Source: a virus
Lineage: Duplodnaviria > Caudoviricetes
Virus record (IMG/VR): IMGVR_UViG_3300041411_000177
Coordinates: 16,477 to 80,476 of that record
DNA length: 64,000 nucleotides
Direction: 5' to 3' (one strand)
A model generated the notes under the pieces. It was not told the DNA's origin, did no database searches, and saw nothing but the letters and a program-made list of their open reading frames with translations. Below, one piece after another: positions 37,407 through 46,498 of this stretch. A program made the translations under genes and the position numbers. Position 1 is the stretch's first letter. Each line of letters begins with the position of its first letter.

Positions 37407-37570
37407 TCGTAAACCTCGACCTTTGGAGTTCCGCGACAGCCCAAGTGTGGGCGTTGACCATTAGTGGAATCGTGATGATACCAATCGGAATATTGGGGTT
37501 CATGCATCCAGTATTCCCACCGGCCACCGATCAGGCGACGATACCATTTAAAATTCTTGAAAATATTCAT
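37403..37570 (-). CDS. Small hypothetical protein
   Basis: Likely start MNIFKNFKWYRRL; ATGA overlap downstream. Confidence 0.55.
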   Translation of the reverse strand: MNIFKNFKWYRRLIGGRWEYWMHEPQYSDWYHHDSTNGQRPHLGCRGTPKVEVYE

Positions 37571-37607
37571 GTGATCCCAGCTGGTCAGGATATGGGGACG
37601 GCTTGAA

Positions 37608-38081
37608 TTACTTGAGTTTAAAACCGTAGTGAATAGAACCACCGTTAGGCTCGCCACGACTCACGTAGCCACCACGCAATTCGAATACGTCCTGTGCATT
37701 GTTGATAATCCGCGACCACTCTTCTTCGATTTGGGTCTGGTTGAATGACAGGCGTGCGCAATTGTCCGGACGATCAAAGATCAGGAACACGGACTCGGAA
37801 GCCATGGCGACTTTCAACAGTTCCGGGTAAACAGTCCACGGTTTCCACGCACTCAACGACAGGAATTGTTTGTGGATTTCTGCACGGATACTGGCAGTCG
37901 CCACGATAAGCGCATCCTGCAATTCCGCTTCGATGAAATTGTTCGAGTTGTTGGTGATTTGCCCCACCGATTGCCCGCGTACTGCGTGGTGTGCATCGTC
38001 GTCGTTTTTGACGATTAGCTGGCCGTCGATAGGTGCCACGTTGGTGTTGTCGTCAGTGAGGATAAGGTGAACGTATTTCAT
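37608..38081 (-). CDS. Hypothetical protein (possible virion protein)
   Basis: Start MKYVHL (38081) gives an ATGA overlap; VATAS motif. Confidence 0.72.
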   Translation of the reverse strand: MKYVHLILTDDNTNVAPIDGQLIVKNDDDAHHAVRGQSVGQITNNSNNFIEAELQDALIVATASIRAEIHKQFLSLSAWKPWTVYPELLKVAMASESVFLIFDRPDNCARLSFNQTQIEEEWSRIINNAQDVFELRGGYVSRGEPNGGSIHYGFKLK

Positions 38082-39163
38082 TGGAGTTTGTACCCTTTTG
38101 CAATTGTCCGGAGGGGTTCGGTAGGTTGCAGCACACGCGCAGAACATACCCATTCGAGACGGGCCTGATCCTGCATGATTTTGCGTTCTTTATCGCGGAT
38201 TTTCAGAAACAGATTTCGCGCCGGGATACACACGATATCGCCTTCGTTTACGTCGCTGACTTCTGGCCCCAAGACAATTGGAATATCGCCCATGGTTTGC
38301 AGACGGTCGTAATCGAGTACGGTAGTTTCGCCACCGATGTTCGCGTTAATCTTTTCGATACCCATGTCGAATTCGAAAGCCATGTGCGTGAAGCGCTCAA
38401 CCCGCACATAAATCTCGATGGTCTGGCCTTCGTACCGACGCAAATCTGCGACCGTGATTGCTTTGCCATCTTTGCGTTGTGGACGCTCCCGCAAAACATA
38501 CGTGTCTTCGCGAATGCTGTAGATTACCGATTTAAAATACTTCGGCACCAGAACTTCGAACATGACGTAACCGTCTTGCGATTCCCGCTGGAACGCATGC
38601 GGCGCACTGGTCGAATCCATATGCACGCCATCAATCCCGGCGTAATCGTAGTGCGTATAAATCTTGCGCTGCATGCCGTAGGCTTTGTAACCGGGCTGGC
38701 GCATGGCGCGATAACAGATACCACAATTCACCGAACCCTGACCCATGGAATCCTCGAAGTTTTCCGTTTCGATTCCCTTGAGTCCCTGACTAGATTCTTC
38801 TGGCTGCATGCCGGACACGTCGCGGACTTCTACGTCGTTGAACATCCGATCCATTTCCGTACCGAAAATATCGTCGTCTTGGAATTCAATCCCGATATTA
38901 TCCGAAGAGCGATCACGTTGTGGAATGGTAGGCGTCACGTTGGAACTGGTGGGGGCTTCGACATTGGTTTTGCAGCATGAACATGGCCGCCCAACCTGCC
39001 GGTCGATTTGGTAAAGAACAATTTGCACCGCGTTAACGGCCAAGCTGTTCGAAACCTGATGATTGTAAGCTGTAACCGTTTCATCCATTCGGGCTTGCGC
39101 CTGTTTCTGAATGAAATTGCGTGCGTGGTTACGTCGCACATTAGATGGCCCGCGTTTGATCAT
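38078..39163 (-). CDS. Probable neck/head-completion protein
   Basis: GRPCSCC...CGICY...PGY Cys pattern and C-terminal DIVCIP.RNL...RIL typical of large-myophage neck proteins, recognised from memory. Confidence 0.5.
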   Translation of the reverse strand: MIKRGPSNVRRNHARNFIQKQAQARMDETVTAYNHQVSNSLAVNAVQIVLYQIDRQVGRPCSCCKTNVEAPTSSNVTPTIPQRDRSSDNIGIEFQDDDIFGTEMDRMFNDVEVRDVSGMQPEESSQGLKGIETENFEDSMGQGSVNCGICYRAMRQPGYKAYGMQRKIYTHYDYAGIDGVHMDSTSAPHAFQRESQDGYVMFEVLVPKYFKSVIYSIREDTYVLRERPQRKDGKAITVADLRRYEGQTIEIYVRVERFTHMAFEFDMGIEKINANIGGETTVLDYDRLQTMGDIPIVLGPEVSDVNEGDIVCIPARNLFLKIRDKERKIMQDQARLEWVCSARVLQPTEPLRTIAKGYKLQ

Positions 39164-39247
39164 GATTGATCCTCCATTCCCTTTAAATTACTGGCCCAAA
39201 ACCGACGACATGAATTGTAATTCAGTAGTATGAGGAAGGAGCATCCC

Positions 39248-39883
39248 ATGGCCCGTAAGCGTAAGGCGAAAGCCAAACCAATAAAAATTGAATTGCCTGT
39301 GCCGACCAAGAAGCGTATTCGCGTAATGGGCGAAGACATGGGCACAAAAAACTACGCTGTTACGCAGATTGAAGCGTGGGTAAAGGAAGAAGCTGGAAAC
39401 CGTCGCATGTGTTTTAAAATCATCGGTACAAAGATGATGGAACACATGATCCACGACGTAAAGATTGCACAACTTGAATGCGGTGCGTTCGTTGAAGAAT
39501 ACAAGCAATTGCCGCCAGTTGATTACATTGCAGCGGAACGCTTCCAAGCCCGGCCCGGACGTGGTGCGGGAACCACTGTTGAAGCCATTTCGATGATGCT
39601 TGGCGTAATGATGATCCTGCGCCCGGACGTTCCAACGGAATTCTTGACCGCTGCAACGTGGAAGAACGAATTCAATCGAACCCCAGCCGATTTGAAAGAA
39701 ATGTACGAAGACCTGAAGGTCAAATACAAAGGCCAAGGGATCGTGATTCACCAACTGGATTCGTTCCTTATCGCGCTTTACCACGCGGCGAAATTGCTTC
39801 GTGTAAAACCCTATGATTTCATTCATTCCCACACCGACGAAAGCCGACTTTTCAATGTGTTGGCAAAGGCCCCATCCCTTTAA
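39248..39883 (+). CDS. RuvC-like Holliday junction resolvase
   Basis: VMGEDMGTKNYAV (catalytic D), AAERFQ (E), HQLDSFLIA (D); start 39248 after GAGGAAGGAG SD. Confidence 0.75.
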   Translation: MARKRKAKAKPIKIELPVPTKKRIRVMGEDMGTKNYAVTQIEAWVKEEAGNRRMCFKIIGTKMMEHMIHDVKIAQLECGAFVEEYKQLPPVDYIAAERFQARPGRGAGTTVEAISMMLGVMMILRPDVPTEFLTAATWKNEFNRTPADLKEMYEDLKVKYKGQGIVIHQLDSFLIALYHAAKLLRVKPYDFIHSHTDESRLFNVLAKAPSL

Positions 39884-39885
39884 AT

Positions 39886-39896
39886 AATGTAAATAC
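39886..39896 (+). promoter_or_regulatory. Variant promoter motif AATGTAAATAC
   Basis: One mismatch to consensus, about 38 nt upstream of ATG 39934. Confidence 0.5.
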
Positions 39897-39933
39897 AGGG
39901 TATGATTTCGAATACCAAAAAAGGGAATGGGGA

Positions 39934-40385
39934 ATGAAAACTGAAATGAACAACGCCGTTAGTGCAACCGTAGATTTCCAGCTTTTTCGGGCTGGTTTTT
40001 CCATCGGATCGTATCCGGATAAAGACGCTTTTCCGCAAAACTTTATCGAGAATGTGAAGTACGCACACCTCGATGTTGATCGTTTGCAGGAAGACGACCG
40101 GACGCGCCCGCATCAAATCGCAATTGGTGTTGCGGAACGTGGTCAGAATGTTCAGTACATTTACGACCTCGTTTTGGGCAAGATCGAACCGCCAAAAGAA
40201 ATCTGGCTGTACAGCGAATTGAAATCTGAGCGTGTGATTGCAAAGCGCATCCTGACCGAAATCAAATGCGCAGCAGCAATACCAGCTACTCGAATTTGCC
40301 GGGTGGCGAGCGGGAACTGTTGGTGCATCGTCTGGTGTTCAATTGCTTCCTGTTCGACGCGGAATATCCAAAGATCAATGTCTAA
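39934..40385 (+). CDS. Hypothetical protein, apparently interrupted by two single-base frameshifts
   Basis: Removing one A (40264-66) and one G (40301-03) gives ...RILTEINAQQQYQLLEFAGGERELLVHRLVFNCFLFDAEYPKINV* with typical codons. Confidence 0.55.
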
Positions 40386-40917
40386 CGAATGCCCACTGAG
40401 CCACTATGCGTTTAAAACGAAATGCCGTGTGACCACTTGCAAATACTACACGGAACAAACGCACCGTCGCTGTATGGCTCTCGATGCTGTGTTCGCCTCA
40501 ACGAAAGGCGATCAAGAACAAGGTAAGAAAAAGAAAAAGAAAGACCAGCCAAAAGGTCTGTCGGATGTGGAATTGCGATTGCTGAAATTGCCGCATCTGA
40601 CAAAGCGTGACGTGTTGATTCACCGCAAGGCCTCATGCGAACGTGTGTGGGCCGTTGTCGCCCTGTATCACGCGGCACAAGAAGCAGCCAGCTACCACAG
40701 TGACGACTTCGCGGAAGAAACACCGGTCACGAAAAAGATTGCGGAACATCCATTGTTTCAAGATCCAGATTTGAAACTGGAACCGTGGATGATTCCGATG
40801 CTGCTGGACAAAGAGCATATGTCGAAATATGGCAGTCCAAAAATTCACCTGTTGTTCGACGTTACCGACAAGGAACTAGAACAAACCTACCCTAGCGACG
40901 GAGTTACAAACCAATGA
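40378..40917 (+). CDS. Hypothetical Cys-containing protein with poly-Lys insert
   Basis: MSNECPL...CRVTTCKYY...RCM; start overlaps the corrected upstream stop. The ORF track fuses it into 39934..40917. Confidence 0.6.
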   Translation: MSNECPLSHYAFKTKCRVTTCKYYTEQTHRRCMALDAVFASTKGDQEQGKKKKKKDQPKGLSDVELRLLKLPHLTKRDVLIHRKASCERVWAVVALYHAAQEAASYHSDDFAEETPVTKKIAEHPLFQDPDLKLEPWMIPMLLDKEHMSKYGSPKIHLLFDVTDKELEQTYPSDGVTNQ

Positions 40918-41555
40918 GCGTTAAGCCACAATCGAAAGCCCTGATGCGTCCTCTGACCGTGACCCAAGCACTGGTCGAGCGCAAAGACGACCTCGCCCTG
41001 TACGTGATGAACCGCACCAAACCAGCAGGCAATATTAACCTGACTGTGTTGGGTGAAGACGGTACTTCGCAATCCATCGTGATTCCGAAAACCTTCGTGC
41101 CTATCGACATGACGCTTTTCGCACCGCGTGACAATCTGCTGAAAAACAAACATTTCCGTCAGCTGTGCCAACTGGGCGAAATCGCAATCGCACACCCGGA
41201 CGACGCGGAAACCGCAATCCAGAACAGCCCGAAAGCGAAGCAAGAAATCCAGCGCGTTCTGACCATGAACGCCGGTTCCGATTCCGCAGCCATGCCTGAA
41301 TATCTGGAAATGCGTACCGACGTTGCGGCCCCGGTTCAGCAACAGGCCCCGATCCACAACGAAGAAACCTACAGCCCGACGCCGTTCGTTGCTGGTATCG
41401 TCAACCGTGCGTTGAACGAAGGCGAAGACATGGCCGACCTGATGGACGACATTTCGATGCGTCAGGACGAACTGTCTTTCGAAGACATGACGTACATTGC
41501 CAACAACGTCGAAGATCAGACCCTGAAGCAATTCATCGCTGATCTGCTTCCGTAA
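40914..41555 (+). CDS. Hypothetical protein
   Basis: 213 aa, strong codon bias, ATGA overlap, terminator follows. Confidence 0.8.
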   Translation: MSVKPQSKALMRPLTVTQALVERKDDLALYVMNRTKPAGNINLTVLGEDGTSQSIVIPKTFVPIDMTLFAPRDNLLKNKHFRQLCQLGEIAIAHPDDAETAIQNSPKAKQEIQRVLTMNAGSDSAAMPEYLEMRTDVAAPVQQQAPIHNEETYSPTPFVAGIVNRALNEGEDMADLMDDISMRQDELSFEDMTYIANNVEDQTLKQFIADLLP

Positions 41556-41575
41556 TTTTACGGATTTCAGGCAAT

Positions 41576-41616
41576 AAAAAAGGCCGCTCTCCATTTCGGG
41601 ATTGCGGCCTTTTTTT
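41576..41616. terminator. Bidirectional terminator between convergent genes
   Basis: AAAAAAGGCCGC...GCGGCCTTTTTTT. Confidence 0.88.
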
Positions 41617-41631
41617 GGTTCTGTTGCAGGT

Positions 41632-41934
41632 TTATTCGGGCACTTCAATGTCACGGATTTGTTGGCAGATATCCAACACGGTATTCGTGATGGAATTATT
41701 ACGTAGTGCTTTCAGCAGGCCGACGTTACGCACCAGCCCTTCGTGAATCGACTTGATCATGTCGAGTGCGAAAGTTTCGGTTACGTCTTCGAGAAAACCT
41801 ACGAACTGTGCAGGCTTGTGACCGTACCCAAATTCTTCGTACAGTTTGCGACTTACCAGCGCATGTTTTTCCATGGCAGCCGTGAGTTCGAGGCGTGTTG
41901 CTTCACTGACGATTCGTTGTTGTGGTTCAGCCAT
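41632..41934 (-). CDS. Hypothetical protein
   Basis: 100 aa, TAATG overlap. Confidence 0.7.
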   Translation of the reverse strand: MAEPQQRIVSEATRLELTAAMEKHALVSRKLYEEFGYGHKPAQFVGFLEDVTETFALDMIKSIHEGLVRNVGLLKALRNNSITNTVLDICQQIRDIEVPE

Positions 41935-42248
41935 TACAAGTTCCCCGCCGTTGCGGCCTTCACACGGGCCACGATTGTCAGTGTGCGATTTTTCAATTCG
42001 CCTTGACGCAACGATTCAAGATGTTCAAGTTTCTTGTTGATGCTTTTCTCACATGCTTTGGCCCACAAGAAAACATTGGACAGCAGAAGAGGCCCGCCGG
42101 GCAACCCGCTGGCACCAGCGCCCCACTTACCTACGCCGAATTCAGAATACAACGCCTTGTCGATTTTGTCTTCAAGGGAGTACAGGCTTTGCAGAGCGTC
42201 CATCGTTTCTTTATCAGCGTGATACTTTTCGTTTGGTTGGTTCGACAT
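41934..42248 (-). CDS. Hypothetical protein
   Basis: 104 aa in the primase operon. Confidence 0.68.
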   Translation of the reverse strand: MSNQPNEKYHADKETMDALQSLYSLEDKIDKALYSEFGVGKWGAGASGLPGGPLLLSNVFLWAKACEKSINKKLEHLESLRQGELKNRTLTIVARVKAATAGNL

Positions 42249-43356
42249 TTTTCGTCAGCCTCTTAGGTTTCTTTTCCATGGATAGCTTCGGGAATTCCTG
42301 TGTGGTTTTCTCGATAGCCTTTTTCTTTTTCGGCACTTCGACAGCCTTCACCTTTTTCTTCGGCTTGGGCTTATCATCTTGCCCGTATGCGTAGACGATT
42401 TCTTTTACCTTTTCGATCAGCTTCTGAGGGGCAGCGTCCGGATCGAGTTTGATCAGATTACCTTCGTCGTCATATTTGCATGGCAATTTCAGTTCTTCGA
42501 AATCCAAATGACCTTCGCAATATCCCTCGACCAATCGCGCCATCTGCTTACCGGCTTTGTCATTATCCGTCAGCGTGTAAACCTTCGTAATGCCGAGGCC
42601 TTGCAGCAGCATCAATTTACGTGGGCCGAACATTTTCGAACCGAGGATTGCACAGGCCGGGATTTTATTCAGCACCAGACGCAGCCAGTCACGCGGGCCT
42701 TCACATAGCACCACTGCATGACAACCGAACAAATCGTGCTTGCGAATAAAATCGTAACCGAGCAAACCGTAGTCCATTACCCAATCACCTTTGGTGTTGA
42801 TATAGGACAATCCGGTTTCCTGTTTTTCCATCAACGCCTTCACGCCGCCCTTATACCGACCATTAATGTAAATAGGTAAGGCAAGCATCACATCGTCCCG
42901 CGTATCCTCACTGAACATGTGACCGTTAACGCGTTCAATCATTGTGCCGGGATATCCACGCCATTCCTTTTCCTTGGGCCACGGAATTACTGAGCCGCCC
43001 AATTCTTCGTAGAGTCGTCCAATGGAACGGTTATTCGTATTTTCTCTTTCTTTCTTTTTCCGGTTGAATCTTGCACGGTCGCCAGCAGTCGTTCCCTCGA
43101 AGAACTGCCATTGCTTGATTTGTTGTAGGCCCAATTTCTCCGCAAGTTTATTCCACGGCCCGGACGTTTGACATGACCAGCAGTTGAACGTCCCGACAGG
43201 CACCCGCGCTTCTAGGCTTATGTTAATGCCAAGCGATGGGTTGCTGTCTTCGTGGAACGGACAAACGATTTCGAACGTGGTTGCTTTGAATCGCGTTGGC
43301 CCTTGTATTTTTTCTAGTTCAGCCATGATGACCGTATAGGCATCATCGAGTTTCAT
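42214..43356 (-). CDS. dnaG: DnaG-like DNA primase
   Basis: Zn finger CPFHEDSNPS...CWSC; TOPRIM VLCEGPRDW and DNDKAG; Lys-rich C-terminal tail; GAGGT SD. Confidence 0.88.
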   Translation of the reverse strand: MKLDDAYTVIMAELEKIQGPTRFKATTFEIVCPFHEDSNPSLGINISLEARVPVGTFNCWSCQTSGPWNKLAEKLGLQQIKQWQFFEGTTAGDRARFNRKKKERENTNNRSIGRLYEELGGSVIPWPKEKEWRGYPGTMIERVNGHMFSEDTRDDVMLALPIYINGRYKGGVKALMEKQETGLSYINTKGDWVMDYGLLGYDFIRKHDLFGCHAVVLCEGPRDWLRLVLNKIPACAILGSKMFGPRKLMLLQGLGITKVYTLTDNDKAGKQMARLVEGYCEGHLDFEELKLPCKYDDEGNLIKLDPDAAPQKLIEKVKEIVYAYGQDDKPKPKKKVKAVEVPKKKKAIEKTTQEFPKLSMEKKPKRLTKNVEPTKRKVSR

Positions 43357-43391
43357 GGAATCGACCTCATGAATACCAATTTAATAGTATC

Positions 43392-43401
43392 ATTTACAGT
43401 T
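43392..43401 (-). promoter_or_regulatory. AACTGTAAAT motif, putative primase promoter
   Basis: 36 nt upstream of ATG 43356. Confidence 0.65.
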
Positions 43402-43408
43402 ACTGGAT

Positions 43409-44569
43409 GTGCCCGTGTTTAAGGACATTGCAAGCCGTATCAAGAAAGATCGGCGGTTGGTGCATATCGAATCGCACTTAGGTGAAGTCTATGCGCAGAT
43501 AATGGATAGCTCTATTATCACGCCGAATGGACGTGGCCCTGAATACCGACCGTCTTCCTTTCCAATCTGCCCAATTCTGGTTCACATGCAATTTTTGCAA
43601 GCGGCAGAAAAAGGTTTTTATCAATCGAACATGGCAGCAGGCGGTGGTTATTTCACATCCGTAGGAACTGCCGCTCACGAAAACATTCAGTATTACATGG
43701 GGCAGACACGAAAAGTTTTCGGTGATTGGAAATGCCGAAACAACAAGTGTCAGAAGCATCACGACGCCCGCGATCTTTACGACGAAAAAGGCGTGATGTA
43801 TCGCAAAGGTAAACTGACGACAAAAAACACCACGAACAACCTGTGCCCGGATTGCGGCATTGCTTGTGAGTACGTGGAAAAATGCATCGACTATTTTGGT
43901 CTGAAAGGCCACATCGACTGCATTTATGAAATGCCCGATGGCACTTACTGGGTTCTCGATTACAAGACGACCACGAAAGGCCTGATGAACGGAAACAAAT
44001 TGCCGAAGCGCGAACACCTGATGCAGGTTCCGACTTACTGCTACGTGTTGGAAAAGAAATACAAAATGAAAATCTCCGGATTCTCGTTGCTGTACCTGAG
44101 CCGCGACAACCCGTATGAATTCAAAGAGAAAGCCGAACGCTGGGGCGAGCGCCGCCGCAATGAAACGAAAGCTCTGATTATCCAGCAGAAGAAAATCTAC
44201 CGTTCTGCTGTGAACAGCTTTATCCAGAACAAACCGGAACTCGCGATCAAGTGCAAACCCTGCAAAGCACCTGATGATTATGAACGCCTCATGCCCGCGT
44301 ATGAGCCGTGTCCGATGGAAAAAGTTTGCTTCAGTAAACGCGACCTGAAAGACAACATGCTGCATGCGCTGAAGCCTGAGCAACTGATCAAGGTACTCAA
44401 TATCACGAACAACATGGAAAACTATGTTGAAGAAGACGTGATGGAACCACTCAAGAAAATCCGCGACAAGCAAAAGAAATTGAAAGCGTCTTCCTCCGAC
44501 CTCAAACTGCCGTCGGCCAAGGCGAAAAAGAAAAAGACTTCTAAACCTTTGAGGCTGACCAAGAAATGA
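43409..44569 (+). CDS. Cas4/RecB-like PD-(D/E)xK exonuclease
   Basis: PSSFPICP, GTAAHE, GHID, LDYKTT, QVPTY; C-terminal CKPC...CP...C; extra CxxxxC/CPDC insertion. Confidence 0.82.
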   Translation: MPVFKDIASRIKKDRRLVHIESHLGEVYAQIMDSSIITPNGRGPEYRPSSFPICPILVHMQFLQAAEKGFYQSNMAAGGGYFTSVGTAAHENIQYYMGQTRKVFGDWKCRNNKCQKHHDARDLYDEKGVMYRKGKLTTKNTTNNLCPDCGIACEYVEKCIDYFGLKGHIDCIYEMPDGTYWVLDYKTTTKGLMNGNKLPKREHLMQVPTYCYVLEKKYKMKISGFSLLYLSRDNPYEFKEKAERWGERRRNETKALIIQQKKIYRSAVNSFIQNKPELAIKCKPCKAPDDYERLMPAYEPCPMEKVCFSKRDLKDNMLHALKPEQLIKVLNITNNMENYVEEDVMEPLKKIRDKQKKLKASSSDLKLPSAKAKKKKTSKPLRLTKK

Positions 44570-45249
44570 AAATCTCCATTCGCTTGAAACCGCAACAGGT
44601 TGCAACTGCTGCCGGTGCATACAGCGCGCCGGATATGGGTGCAGCCGAACAGCTGCAATACTCTGACGACGAACTGGCCGAACGCGACAAGGAAGAAAAA
44701 GCCCGTCAGGAAGTAGCGGATGCAGAAGAGCGCAAGAAGGCCGCCGAGAAACAGAAAAAGGACGCGGCAAAAGCTCCGCAAACTCCGAAGGAAAGCGGCG
44801 AAGATGCTGGCGATAAATCTGACGACGACGAAGAGGGCGACGAATCTGAAGAGGATGAAGAATCCGACGAATCGGGCGATGACTCTGAAGAATCCGACGA
44901 TGATTCCGACGATGATTCCGACGACAGCGACGACATGGATGATGAAGGCGACGAAGAGGCAACCGCCGCTTCGAAACTCCCGTATCCAGAAGCGCAATCG
45001 AAACGTAAAGCATCGGATTTGATTCCAGCCGAAACCATGGAAAAGGTTGTCGATCCTGAAGTCCAAAAGGAAGAGGACGAAAAGAAAGAAACTGAAGCGG
45101 CGCAGGCCCGGCCATTGAGCAAAGAAGATCCGAACAACAAAAACTCGCAAGGTAAAAAGCTGGATAAAGAAAACGGGAATACTTTGGTGGCGACCGCTGC
45201 CTCTGTTTCCGGGCTTCCTTATCCTGATGTGAAACTCCGCAATCGTTAA
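44566..45249 (+). CDS. Acidic low-complexity protein (possible internal head/scaffold-like protein)
   Basis: D/E/S-rich core, three ATAA motifs, two LPYP(E/D) motifs. Confidence 0.8.
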   Translation: MKISIRLKPQQVATAAGAYSAPDMGAAEQLQYSDDELAERDKEEKARQEVADAEERKKAAEKQKKDAAKAPQTPKESGEDAGDKSDDDEEGDESEEDEESDESGDDSEESDDDSDDDSDDSDDMDDEGDEEATAASKLPYPEAQSKRKASDLIPAETMEKVVDPEVQKEEDEKKETEAAQARPLSKEDPNNKNSQGKKLDKENGNTLVATAASVSGLPYPDVKLRNR

Positions 45250-45255
45250 ACGAAT

Positions 45256-45290
45256 GGCCGTGATTAGGGATTCCCTTTTCGCGGCTTTTT
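45256..45290 (+). terminator. Intrinsic terminator
   Basis: GCCG(T)GA...TCGCGGC stem followed by TTTTT. Confidence 0.65.
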
Positions 45291-45303
45291 CGTTTGTGGG
45301 CAA

Positions 45304-45313
45304 AACTGTAAAT
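45304..45313 (+). promoter_or_regulatory. AACTGTAAAT motif, putative promoter of the topoisomerase operon
   Basis: GGGCAAAACTGTAAATA right after a terminator, 33 nt before ATG 45346. Confidence 0.7.
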
Positions 45314-45345
45314 ACAGAGCATACCAGTACACGTATGGTGCCTGC

Positions 45346-45864
45346 ATGGCTTACTTCACCGAATACCATTTGATTAAAGATCATTACGGCGACCGCGTAG
45401 CCGAACGCAGTGGCGTGCCTCTGATGCAACACATCGACGAAGGCCTTTTGATTCTGAATTGGCTGGATGCAGCGGACTACATTAAAGGCGCGTTCTGCCT
45501 GCACCCGCTGATTCAAAACGACAACGACTATCGCGAAAACATTAATGCCCTTATGTCTAACGAACGTATGGGCATTTCTGCGTTTCAGCTGGCTTTGGCC
45601 TACCGCAAACAGGCGAACGCCTATCTGTGCAAACCGTCAACCGATGATTGGGGCCAGTGCGAAATTGCGGAAGCGGTTGGCCCACTTTTCGAAGACATGC
45701 GCTTTATGCTGATCGCGGACAAAGTGCAGAACAAAAAAGATTTCATGCTTTACCACCACGGTTCCCATGCGCGCTCTGATCAGTTGTTGCGCTATTTTGA
45801 TCAGTGGATGGAATATTTGGATTTCAATTACGAAGTGGGCAGGGGGATTCTCAATGCTGGCTGA
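45346..45864 (+). CDS. HD-domain-like (Mesh1/SpoT-hydrolase-like) protein, degenerate
   Basis: RSGVPLMQHIDEG, CLHP and LIADKVQN resemble HD-hydrolase motifs (R..G.PY..H, LHD, K.ADR..N). Confidence 0.5.
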   Translation: MAYFTEYHLIKDHYGDRVAERSGVPLMQHIDEGLLILNWLDAADYIKGAFCLHPLIQNDNDYRENINALMSNERMGISAFQLALAYRKQANAYLCKPSTDDWGQCEIAEAVGPLFEDMRFMLIADKVQNKKDFMLYHHGSHARSDQLLRYFDQWMEYLDFNYEVGRGILNAG

Positions 45865-46228
45865 TTTGATTAGCGGTGACGATTTGCTGGGTAACAATCA
45901 CACCCGCCGTAAATTCCAAAACACGGTGGCCGAATTCAAGCGTGACACACGCAAGGCCACCACATCTGGTTTTTATTACCAGCACCACTACGTCGTCGAA
46001 CTGCACGCCGGGCGCTGGCTGATTTGTGTCAAAACCGAAAGCGGTGACGCTCTGCTTTTCGAGGCAGACGCGGACGGCACAAATCAGGTTGTGGTTGCCG
46101 ATGGTAATTACAAAGAATATCAAGGCATGTTGAACGAAGCGCGGGCGCACCTGCGTTGCCACATTTCGGCAAAGGCCACACGCAGCCGACAAGCCGCCGA
46201 GCGCAAAAAGAAAAAGGCGAAAGCGTGA
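45854..46228 (+). CDS. Hypothetical protein
   Basis: Likely start MLADLIS (45854); basic C-terminal tail. Confidence 0.65.
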   Translation: MLADLISGDDLLGNNHTRRKFQNTVAEFKRDTRKATTSGFYYQHHYVVELHAGRWLICVKTESGDALLFEADADGTNQVVVADGNYKEYQGMLNEARAHLRCHISAKATRSRQAAERKKKKAKA

Positions 46229-46485
46229 TGAGGGTCATTCTGAAATCCCCATGTGGCCGGGAATTCAAAATTGCGCCGCTGACCCGTGAAGAATTCGAAA
46301 AGCTGGGCAGTGATGCACCTTACACCGCGCCTAACCGCGCCTGCCTGCACAGCACCATGCCGCGCTCTGCTTACGACCACTACAAATTTTCACGCGGTTA
46401 TCACGAATGGAAAGATTTCAGCATCGAGTGGCTGAATGAAATGCAAATCGTGATAACCGCAACAGAAGAAGAATTCCTCAATTAG
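46228..46485 (+). CDS. Hypothetical protein
   Basis: Start MRVILKS, TGATG overlap. Confidence 0.6.
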   Translation: MRVILKSPCGREFKIAPLTREEFEKLGSDAPYTAPNRACLHSTMPRSAYDHYKFSRGYHEWKDFSIEWLNEMQIVITATEEEFLN

Positions 46486-46498
46486 GTAGCAACCGACA

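Noticed and set aside
43409-44569. Cas4 as evidence of a CRISPR-Cas locus
   Set aside because: No other cas genes or array; it sits in a replication/recombination context
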